64,000 nt of DNA. Source: Macrostomum hystrix (Eukaryota; Animalia; Platyhelminthes). The translations under genes were made by a program, and so were the position numbers. Where the stretch lies: the NCBI GenBank assembly GCA_950097015.1, contig CATNEN010000001.1:13516001-13580000 (forward strand), read 5' to 3'. Position 1 is the stretch's first letter. Each line of letters begins with the position of its first letter. The notes beneath the pieces were generated by a model. It was not told the DNA's origin. It ran no database searches and saw only the letters and a program-made list of their open reading frames with translations. Positions 24,476 to 34,500 of the stretch are shown here, in pieces.

Positions 24476-27026
24476 TCACCTGGGTCAGAGAGCGGGTGAT
24501 CAGGGGCAACAGCATGCTCACCATCTGCTTCAAGTCAGTCTGCTGCTGCTGCTGTGGCTCACTGCCAGCGTCCAGGGAGGGTGCAGCCTCATTGGCGCTC
24601 GTGCACCTGGCGCTGACAGTCTCGGCAGCCGGTCGGCTCCTGGCATCATCGTTGCTGATGAACAGCGGCCGGATGGCGGCATTGACGGGCACGTTGCGGC
24701 GGCCTTGGCGCATCAGCCAGCCACTGTCCGAAGCGTCGGACACGTCGGCGGGCGCACTCGAGGCAGGCGGAGCATCCGTAGCCGCGGCTTCCGCAGCTCG
24801 CGCCGCAGCAGCTTTGGCCTCAGCTGCCGCCTTCGTCGCCTTGGCGTGCTCCTCCTGCGCAACAGTGCAGGCTCGGCTGGTCGTGCGGTGCTGACCACCG
24901 CAGTTGGAGCATGTCGCCGGGCCTTCGTGCTGGCAGTCCTTCCAGGCATGCGAGCCGCCGCAGATTCGGCATCGCAGCTCCACCTGGCACTGAGCTGCAC
25001 GGTGGCCGAACTGCTGGCAGCGCTGGCACTGCAGGGCGCGGACCGGCTCGTCGGTGCGGCTCTCTTCGCAGCTGAACTTCAGAAAGTCAGTGCAGATGCC
25101 TTCGCGAAGGCACTGGTCGAATGTCGCTCTCGACTTCGTAAAGATGCGCATGTACCGGGTGGCCTGCCCGGATGCTCGCGCACGGATCCGATGCACACTC
25201 GTGATGTCGAGCTTCAGGGACTCGCGGAGCATGCTGGCGAATTCGGCTTCCGTGAAGGAAAACGGCACGTCGAGCGCCACAAAGGTGAGCAGTGGCTGCT
25301 GCCGTACTCTGTCAGCGCCAGTCCGGTTGTCCAGCGGCCGTGATCGTGCTGGTCGACGCTCGACACGGTGTCCGAGGAGGCTGTCCTGACGCAGAGCACC
25401 GCCTAGGAAGACGTTGTAATCCCGCTCAGTGGCCGGGAATACTAGGTAGGCGGGCTGATTGGCCATTTCGGCTGTGTTGACGGCACGGGCATCGCCGGCA
25501 AAGTTGGCCTGCAGCCAGGTGATGAAGGCCACCAGCTTGCCCGCCGCGTTTCGGTGCACTTCAAAGACCACCGGTGGAATGGCAGCCTGGGGTCTTCGCA
25601 ATGGAGCGCGGGCCGAAGCCACCTGCGCATAGGGCCGCGCTGTCGCAGCCTGGGTCGTTGAAGCAGCCGCCGCTGCCGCCGCCGCCGACGCCGCCGACGA
25701 ACCCGTCACCGCGGTCGCCGACGCTGCCGCCGCACCAGCCGCCGCACCTCGGCCGCCGCCGCCACCTCGCGTGCCTCGCTGTCTGCCGCCGCCGCCACCG
25801 CGGCTGCCTCGCTGCTGACCGCCGCCGCCGCGCTGACCACGTGCGCCGCGCTGACCGCCGCCGCCGCGCTCTGCCTGCTGGTCCTGGGGCTGGCCTGGGT
25901 TGCCTTGCCGGTCGCCGAAGGGACCGCAGTCCAGTGGCTGGCTGTAGGTTGGGTCGTCGGTCGCCGCCCTCTTGCGCCGCAGCTCCGGCTTGGTGACGCG
26001 GAACGTCAGTGAGATGCGGACGCCGGTCTGGGTGCGAACTGCAGGCACCTGATGCTGCAGCCGCTTTTGACAATTGCCTCCCATGAGGATCAGCGATCCC
26101 GGGAGCGTCTGAAATCGATGCGTGACGTTTCCGTCACGTCGACGCAACATAAAAGTTCGCTCAGCGCCGAACGACACTGTAGCGATGGTCGGCTTGTCGC
26201 CGAGCTCCTCCTCGTCATCCGCATGCCACGGAATCCGGTCCTCCGGCTCGGTGTAGAAGTTCACCAGAACGGAGTTGAACTTCGGGACCTCGAGCCCAGC
26301 ATCGTCGTAAAGGAAGTCACGAATGTCTTCGATTACTGGATGCCAGGTTTGATTTTCCTTCAGCTCAACCCCGCTGTAGGTGTACGCCGGGCCGATCCAG
26401 AAGACACGGCGCTGCTCGTGCGGGCGATGACGGAAGGCGAGTGGGAGCACGTCTGCCATCAGGCGCTGGTATATTTGGTCAGCGACCTCGCCAAGAAAGT
26501 AGGGCGCGTAGACGATGGTGCAGTCGCCCGCGTAGGTCGTCTGCTGGCACTCGCTGAAGTCCGGCTCGTCAGGGAAGACGATCTGCGAGATGTCGGCGTC
26601 TGACTGTGCAGCGGTGGGCTTCGGAATTGTCGTCTGGGCAATAGCAGCCGACTCGGATGCTGTTGGCGCTGGCGCAGGTGCTGCCGCAGCCTCAGTCTGT
26701 TGAGCAGCCGTCTCGGCTGCCTCGGCTTCATCGACGGACATTCTGTCGGCCGTCTCGTTTGAGTCCGCAGTCGCGGGGGCCGCAGTCACTGCTGGAGGCT
26801 CGTCTTCGACGATGACAAGCCGACCTTCTGGTGGGCTGAACGAGCCGCGGTCTTGGGCGCTGTTGGCCGGTTCTGAGGTCTCGCTGGCCGGCGTCGGAGT
26901 CGACATCAGCGCTGTCGCGACCTTCGGCTGCAGCTTGCGACTGGCGTCTTCGGTGCGGCCGTACCGATGCTCGAGCGAGGGGCGGCCGTCGTGTTTTTTT
27001 GAAGTTGTGGCGCGATTCGCAGCCAT
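24330..27026 (-). CDS. Unit A ORF1 (898 aa): gag-like protein with AlkB 2OG-Fe(II) dioxygenase domain, RG-rich tract and three zinc knuckles
   Basis: ATG at 27026 (MAANRATT). AlkB motifs YTYSG, NSVLVNFY, WHADDE, VSFGAER, GSLILM, QHQV, RISLTFR; knuckles CQRCQQFGHRAAQC, CRICGGSHAWKDC, CSNCGGQHRTTSRAC. Confidence 0.92.
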   Translation of the reverse strand: MAANRATTSKKHDGRPSLEHRYGRTEDASRKLQPKVATALMSTPTPASETSEPANSAQDRGSFSPPEGRLVIVEDEPPAVTAAPATADSNETADRMSVDEAEAAETAAQQTEAAAAPAPAPTASESAAIAQTTIPKPTAAQSDADISQIVFPDEPDFSECQQTTYAGDCTIVYAPYFLGEVADQIYQRLMADVLPLAFRHRPHEQRRVFWIGPAYTYSGVELKENQTWHPVIEDIRDFLYDDAGLEVPKFNSVLVNFYTEPEDRIPWHADDEEELGDKPTIATVSFGAERTFMLRRRDGNVTHRFQTLPGSLILMGGNCQKRLQHQVPAVRTQTGVRISLTFRVTKPELRRKRAATDDPTYSQPLDCGPFGDRQGNPGQPQDQQAERGGGGQRGARGQRGGGGQQRGSRGGGGGRQRGTRGGGGGRGAAAGAAAASATAVTGSSAASAAAAAAAASTTQAATARPYAQVASARAPLRRPQAAIPPVVFEVHRNAAGKLVAFITWLQANFAGDARAVNTAEMANQPAYLVFPATERDYNVFLGGALRQDSLLGHRVERRPARSRPLDNRTGADRVRQQPLLTFVALDVPFSFTEAEFASMLRESLKLDITSVHRIRARASGQATRYMRIFTKSRATFDQCLREGICTDFLKFSCEESRTDEPVRALQCQRCQQFGHRAAQCQVELRCRICGGSHAWKDCQHEGPATCSNCGGQHRTTSRACTVAQEEHAKATKAAAEAKAAAARAAEAAATDAPPASSAPADVSDASDSGWLMRQGRRNVPVNAAIRPLFISNDDARSRPAAETVSARCTSANEAAPSLDAGSEPQQQQQTDLKQMVSMLLPLITRSLTQVIVRALSRPPGELLTVESTSKMVEDIVRAVLQDVSGMASTATVVVGPGS

Positions 27027-27243
27027 ATGGCGTGATTTCTCACTGGTGCAAGGTAAACAAAATAAGCAAAGGGGGCAGGTGGCACACAAAGTGCGCACTC
27101 AAGGGAGGGGGTGGGGGACTGCTAGACTAAAACTAAAACTAAAACTACAAGTACAGGGGGAGAGAGAGACTGCAAAAATAAAACTAAAACAGGTGAGAAT
27201 GAACAAGGAGCACTATAGGGAGCTTACTGGTGTACTTTAAAAG

Positions 27244-27362
27244 TACCCCCTTCTAGGAATGGGGTTGCACAAATCAAGGAACACTCAATGAATGTACCTC
27301 TCCACGGAAATCTTTAGTAAAAGGCGAAAGATTTAAGCGTGGAATGAAGAGAAACCAGAGTT
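27244..27362 (-). ncRNA. U5: U5 spliceosomal snRNA gene, full length (~119 nt)
   Basis: Minus strand reads AACTCTGGTTTCTCTTCA...TAAATCTTTCGCCTTTTACTAAAGATTTCCGTGGAGAGG...TGAGT: invariant loop 1 GCCUUUUAC closed by AAAUCUUU/AAAGAUUU, CCG internal loop, ACUC/GAGU basal stem, Sm-like site and 3' hairpin. Confidence 0.93.
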
Positions 27363-30300
27363 AACGTTTCAAGAGGTTGCTTGTCGGGATACATTTATTG
27401 ATACGTTTATTTTCACTGAAAGTCTAGTTTTCGTAGTGAATGATTATTTAGCTAGTTTCGAGATTTGAGAATTAGTATATGAGGAGTTAAGTGTTCTAAG
27501 AGACAGGTGATTCAGTGTTTATCTATCGTTCTTTTACTAAAGTTGTTTGGTTTACTACAACTGAAGTTTAATACATTGTTTAAAGTTCAAGTTGTTGGAC
27601 TATTTAGAATTATTGCTTGTGCACTGGGTAGTTATTTGCTACTCAATTAAGTAGTGTCATTAGCAAATCTAAATATTTGATTTCTGGAATAAGGCAGTGT
27701 TTTAATTGTTTAAATTGTTTTCAATACCATCCTATCATCCTTTTCAATATCATCCATAAAATTGGAACATATCCGCATAATAAAAAGGCCTTTGACTATG
27801 ACATTAAATGAGATTTCGAGCATTATAATAGATGTCGTACAAAATGGATCACCATTGCATAGTAGATTTTGGCGCAGGCGAGAAACCTGTTTCGCCAAAA
27901 TTGAGGAAATGTGTATTTGGTAAATTTAAAGTTTAAGCAATACATATGCATTATTATGTCTGATTAAATTGTTAGGAGAAAAGGAAGCGAACATTTAAAG
28001 AGTAGAAAGAACAGGGGAGTTTATTAAGGCAATCAGCGAGCAACGTTGCAAAACATGATGCAGCAAAATAGGACAAAATAGGACAAAAGCGTAATTAATA
28101 GCGGAAAATTTCTAGGGAAGAACCGAAAAATGTAATTACTTTGCGCAAAAAATAAAACTGCGACGAGACGAGCGCAGGAATGGTCGAAAGGGGGGAAAAG
28201 AAAAAAAACCAACGGAAATAAATATATAAGAAAGAAAACACACAGAACAGACCAGGACGAAAGCGAATGGTAAGCAAGATAGGGAAGGATAGGTAAGCAA
28301 AGAGGATAGGTAATGGTCACGATGAGAAAGAATGAGGGTTTCTCAAGAATTATAAATAAAGTTAGAAATTTGATATCATTTTTCGCTTCTGTGGAGAGGC
28401 AGTCAAGCCTTTTTTGTAGATGTCGCTGAAAGTAAGGTTTTCTTTGTTGATGGTAGCAAGACGATTCAGTTGAGTAATGCATTTAATAATTTGAGCATTT
28501 AAATTGTGAGTCTAGTTAAAATATAACAAACAGAATTCAGCTAGTATTTATAAAAATAATACACGAAAGAGTATAATTAAGTTTATTGCAACAATAAATG
28601 GCGTGTACTATATTTGAGCTCTTGTTTGCCTCCTAAAGAATGGCTTTATTCTATGTACTTTTATGTTTTGAAATCAGGCTACAGTATTAAGTCATACGAT
28701 TACTATATGGAATGGAATGGAACAATTTTTGAGCTGTCTGACATGTCGCTAATTGAATGTTCACGACACTTTTAGATGGAAATTTATTTTTACGGTCAGA
28801 CCCTGATGCATCTTTTACACTACAGGCACATCTATGAATTAGTTAAGTTTTCCTCTTTATTTTGGCTTGAGGACGCTACCGAGATTGAGGACGCTACTAG
28901 CTAACTAGCTTTAGACCGCTGGCTATGGGCATGGCTATATTATAAAACAAAAAAATAATTAAATTTATTGACTCCCTACTGGCTTGTGAGCAGTTTAATT
29001 CAGAGATTCCACTTAGTTTTCCAGATGAGCCTAGATATTTATTTATAGGCCTACTTATAGTTTACACTCTGAGTTCGTGGTATTTTAGTTTAAGATTAAG
29101 TAGCTAATAGGCTTACCTGCCTGTCCATGCCTAATTATTAATTAGGGCCTATGCTTTGCCAATGCTATAACTTAATTTATACTTTGATTAAAACTGTTTA
29201 CCATTTTTGATTGGTGTTTTTTGGATGAATAATGCAGGGTTTATACTATTTGTATATAGTTTTTTTTAGTTAAGGCTATAAATATTTTTTTGGCTAGGTA
29301 GGGGAGGCTAGCTAGTCAATTTCTTATTTCTGCATCTGCACATGTACACTTACTACTTAGGCCTATATTGATTGACTATTTTATTTTAGTCTAGTAGTAG
29401 ACTTATTTTAAAGCTGAGACAATCCTGAGTTAGCTATAGCCAAGGCGGGGTATAACATAGTTTTTTGTGCAAGGAGAAATTGGTAGTCCTAGGGGCCCAA
29501 GATAATCAGGATAATTACTCAGCATCTTAAGTTTAATACATTGTCTGGCTGGATCATGCATGCTGGTTGCACAACAGAAAAAAACGTGTGAGGTTATAGT
29601 TATAATGTTTATTTTGTATTAATTAATTTGCAGTGAAATTAAGTCAATTTTCTCTTGTCAAGACAAAACCTTTTAACTTGTTTACTATTACTCATTAGTG
29701 CTACACATGCATTATACCAACCCTAAGCACTAAATGTACATAGTAATAATTTAATGTAAGGCAAGTGTATGCCAACAAGACACTTGCTGGGTACAATGGC
29801 AACAATGGTTGTAGTAGGGTAATGTATCATCAACCAAACAAGAAAGTGTATTTTTTTAACTTCAAACCTAAGCTACAGATTTTCTATTTAAGATATGATG
29901 ATAAATCAAAAGCCAAGTTATAGAAAACAGTTACATCTTTCTAAAAAGTATCTGCTTTTGCTATTTTGTCAAATAGAAAAAAAGTTATACCTGCTTTTTA
30001 TCTAAAAGCGAACAATGATTTTCATGTATCTTCAAACCAAACAGAGAATTTGATGTTTGGTTGTACAATTTGAGTGAGTGGTTTAATCTTATTTTAAGGA
30101 GTGAACTATCATGAATTATGTCATTTGAAAGCATTTTTCATGCTCTATAAATAACTACATTTATGGTCATTTAATTGGCAAGCAACTACATACAATCTTC
30201 GTCTAAAGTACATACTGAAAAAATGTTGTTAAAAAGTATGCTTTTGCAATAAAAATTTCTACTGAAACATCAATATCTTTCTTTTCTCTTAATGCTTCAT

Positions 30301-31537
30301 TGCACATCATGCCTCAGCTTGTAGATAATTTCTTCAACTTTCAAATTAGTTGTTCTGTGAAACATAATAGCTTGTTTCTATCTTGCACAAGACCAAGGAA
30401 GGAGTCAAAATTCTTGTTCGGTTTTGAAGATACATTGTTCGGTTGATGATACATTACCCTATCCCTATCCCCTAGTCTACTTATGAAGTTAATGATCATA
30501 GGCAGGTGGCAATAACTATGAAGCTTATATAGCTACTTGTACTGGGGCCTAGCTATATTTAGATTTAGCTAATTATAGTTTTCTGATGGTTGATGCTAGC
30601 TTTGGTTGCTTAAATAAATTAATAATCTTTCTTTATTTTTTTATTTAACTTTTTTACTTTATGGCTTTTTAAAGCCTTTTCATGGCAAAGTTATTTTAAA
30701 AAGTAAATAGTTACTTTTTTACCATTTGGCATTTTATATAAACTTTGTAGTAACTATAAATTCAATGCCAGTTATTTGCATAAAGTAGAAAGCAATTTTA
30801 CCCTTGTTAGTTAGTTAGTTTAAAATCATAATTGTGCAATTTTCAATATTAGAAAAATTACACAATTCAGTCATTTTGTGCATATTTTATTCATCTCTCA
30901 CTCTATTTATCTATCACTTAAATAGCAAAAATGGTTTCAGCAAATATAACAATTGCTGTTGATTGCTTGTTGATTGCTTTGAAATCAACTATGGACATTT
31001 CTTTAAGCTTTGTATGATGTTAAATATATGCTCATAGGTTACAGTTTACTTTTTTTCTGGATATGATTGTTGAAAATTTAAATGCAGTAATATCTAAATG
31101 TCTATTAAGGATGCAATGTGCAGTTTCTGAGATAGCCTGCTGGTAGGATATTAGTTAAGAATAATTTCAGAATAATCTTAGTTTCTTATATTTTAGTATA
31201 TTAAAATATATCAAATTATAAAAGTCAGCTGAAGTTTTAAGTTTTGTAAATGTAGCTAACATAATTACTTAAAAAGTATTTTTTCAGTCATCTGTCATAT
31301 ATTAGATAATTACTTAGCAATTCGTTTGGCAACAAAGTAAATGCCATTGTTTTATATGTAAAAGCAAGTTTTTAAGCTACTTTTTGCACATGCTCTTCAG
31401 TACAAATGCAACTCTCATTGTCTCTTTACCACTGATTTGCAGCAGGTTAATTTTAGAAAGCTTTTCAAGTACTACACAGCTTTAACTATAATTCGTACAC
31501 TGAAACACCCATTTGACTTTGACCTGCAAAACTGCAA

Positions 31538-34500
31538 ATGGCCCTTGTAAAGGTTAAGGGCGCTCTGAAGCATGTGTTGGACAAGAATTTGCAAGATCTA
31601 GTTCGTGGAATTCGCAATCACAAAGATTCAGAAAGCAAATACATATCGGAATGCATTGAAGAGATAAAGCTAGAACTGAAACAGGACACTGTAGTAGTGA
31701 AAGCCAATGCCATCAACAAGCTCATCTACCTGCAGATGTTAGGCTATGACATCTCTTGGGCAGGTTTCAACATTGTGGAAGTCATGAGCTCGCCAAAGTT
31801 CACTTACAAGCGCATTGGCTACCTGGCCGCCTCGCAGAGCTTTCACGATGGCACCGATGTCATCATGCTCACTACCAATTTGGTGCGCAAGGATCTTAAC
31901 TCTACTAACACCTATGATGCTGGGGTTGCCCTGTCAAGTCTCTCCTGCTTTATGACTGGCGACTTGGCTCATGATCTAGCTAACGACATCATGGTACTCA
32001 TGACATCAACCAAGCCTTACCTTAGAAAGAAGGCCGTATTGCTGATGTACAAAGTGTTTTTGCGATTTCCGGACTCGCTAAAACCGGCATTCGGCCGGCT
32101 GAAGGATAAGCTAGAGGATCCGGATCCGGGTGTGCAAAGTGCAGCTGTGAATGTAATCTGCGAGTTGGCTAGAAAGAATCCGCAGAATTATCTAAGCTTG
32201 GCGCCGCTTTTCTTTAAATTGATGACAACTTCAACTAACAATTGGGTGCTGATCAAGATTATCAAACTCTTCGGCGCCCTAATTCCACTCGAGCCGCGTT
32301 TGGGCAAGAAGCTTATCGAGCCGCTGACCAATCTCATTCACAGCACCTCTGCCATGTCGCTGCTGTACGAGTGCATTAACACTGTCATCGCCGTGCTCAT
32401 CTCCATCAGCTCCGGCCTGCAGAATCACGCCACCAGTGTGCAATTGTGCGTGCAAAAATTGCAGATCCTTATTGAGGATAGCGATCAGAATCTGAAATAT
32501 CTGGGCCTGCTGGCTATGACTAAGATTCTTAAAACTCATCCGAAGTCTGTCCAGGCTCACAAGGAGCTCATCATGCAGTGCCTTGACGACAAAGATGAAT
32601 CTATCAGGCTGAGAGCTCTGAGCCTGCTCTACGGCATGGTTTCAAAGAAGAATCTAATGGAGATTGTTAAGAAACTCATCTTGCACATGGAGAAGGCCGA
32701 GGGGGCGCATTATCGGTGAGCATATGTCGCCACGGTTTGGTCACTTTGGATTTTGGATTTGGACAGTAGCTCCGTCTAGATGTGCATGACCACCGAAATC
32801 GGTGATGATGCAGACAAACTCAGGTGACGTGCTGATAAAGTTTGAAGGCCTGGCAGGGCCGTACTGAGGCGCAATGCAAATTCTTGTATAGTGGTATAAA
32901 ATGCACTAACTCTAATAGGAAAAATCTGACCTTCAGCCAGAACCGAATATCGGGGCGGTCTAGAGGGGTGGCGACTTGATTCTTGTTTCAGTAAATGCGC
33001 AAAAAAAGTTGGCCCGCGTTCTTGAGTTTGCTCCATTGTGGTACGGCACAAATAACTGTCAGGTGGATTTCCTGTTGGTAAAAAACGTTCGGTAAAATGG
33101 CTTGATAGTCCTACTGTTAAAAGCGTCACGTTTTCGCAAAGACTTTGTAAAGCTGTTCAATCAATGGGCTGTAGGCATACACCTAAATTTCCACCTCAGC
33201 AAGCCCTGGTACCCAGGGGGTGAGTGGCAGAGCGGTCTAACGCTTTTGCCTCTCGCGCCAAGGTTTCTGAGTTCGATTCCGCGGCTAGGTCATATTCAGT
33301 TGGGGCGCAGCCATAAACATAATGATATAACAACATAAATCACAATTTTCTCCTCCCAAACGATGTAGTGAGGAACTGCTGAGCAAGATCATCGGTATCT
33401 GTTCGCAGAATGACTACCGTTTCATTACTAACTTCGAATGGTACGTCAGCGTCCTTGTTGAATTGGCCGCTCACAAGGGCATGAAGCCGGCTCAGGGACG
33501 AGCCATTGCCAATCAGCTATTGGACGTGGCTATCCGTGTGCAACAGGTGCGCAAATTCGCCGCCAGACAAATGTCACTATTGTTGCGCAATCACAACCTG
33601 TTGCTAGGCGGTGGCAGCGGCGGCGGTTCCTCTAGCTCCGGTGGCAGCGCCGGCCTAGTTGAAGTTCTCTATGCAGCCGCTTGGATTTGCGGAGAATTCG
33701 CCAACTGTCTGGGTGGCAGCGTACAAGTCGACGATGTTAGACGAGCCACGCTAGAAGCAATGTCCCTGCCCTACGTGCTGCAGCTGCCTGGCGAGGTCCA
33801 GGCCGTGTTTGTTCACAATCAGGTGAAGCTGGGGGTCGGTGGTAGAGCTGTTAACGAGTTTGCCTCTCGCACCAAGGTCCCTGAGCTCGATTCCGCGGCA
33901 AGGCAACATTCACTTGAGGCGCAGCCGCTGAGAGAGAGAAGGCTTGGGGGCTTGTCGTGCAATTTGCGCCATTGAGGGCCAACCTCTAAGACATAGTGAT
34001 ATGTACACTGCCTGACGATGAGAAAGTCAGGGCAGATGTGCTGTGTGAGCTTGTGCCTGCGTACGGTATCTGTGAGCGTGTGGGCTCAGGAGTCAGCGAA
34101 ATGGGCAGAATTGCCTCCTCGCTGGCTGCGGGACTACTGTCACTACTTAATGATGTGCCATTGCCCGCAGCACTCCTGCAATTAGTATTTTTTAATTGTC
34201 AGGTGAAGCTGTACGCTAGCCTGCTGCTGACCGAGACAGATGCCAACGAACGGATCAGTTTGACAACCGAGCTGCTCAATCGTTTGGAACAGTTTGTGCA
34301 CTCCGACGATTTAGAAGTTCAAGAGCGAGCCGTGTGCGCTTACCAGCTGTTGAAGTGCACAGCTAAGGCCTTGCGTCACGCCGCTGCCGCTTCAAGCAAC
34401 TCCGAACAGCCTGTCCTCTTCGGAGGCGACGACGAAGGCGATGGCAATGAAGTTGCAGGTGACGCCGATGCCACTGGCGGCGAAGCCGCTGCCATCAGGG

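Larger units (their letters stand above)
21048..27315 (-). mobile_element. Unit A: full-length Jockey-like non-LTR retrotransposon at a U5 snRNA gene (6268 bp including the U5 3' half)
   Basis: U5 3' half, 5' UTR, ORF1, ORF2 (APE-RT, no RNase H), AT-rich 3' UTR ending in hairpin ccccagtcctttgggg and an AACAAC tail. Confidence 0.93.

Noticed and set aside
27405-27445. Proximal sequence element of the U5 promoter
   Set aside because: A TCACTACGAAAACTAG-like stretch lies at roughly the expected distance, but PSEs are lineage-specific and no second snRNA promoter is available here for comparison.
27400-31500. Short ORFs in the AT-rich spacer (e.g. 28033-28482)
   Set aside because: Low-complexity, composition-driven ORFs without motifs or convincing exon structure.
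33216-33290. Functional tRNA gene
   Set aside because: A and B boxes are present but there is no clean cloverleaf, and the three copies are diverged and share a non-tRNA body, which fits a SINE.
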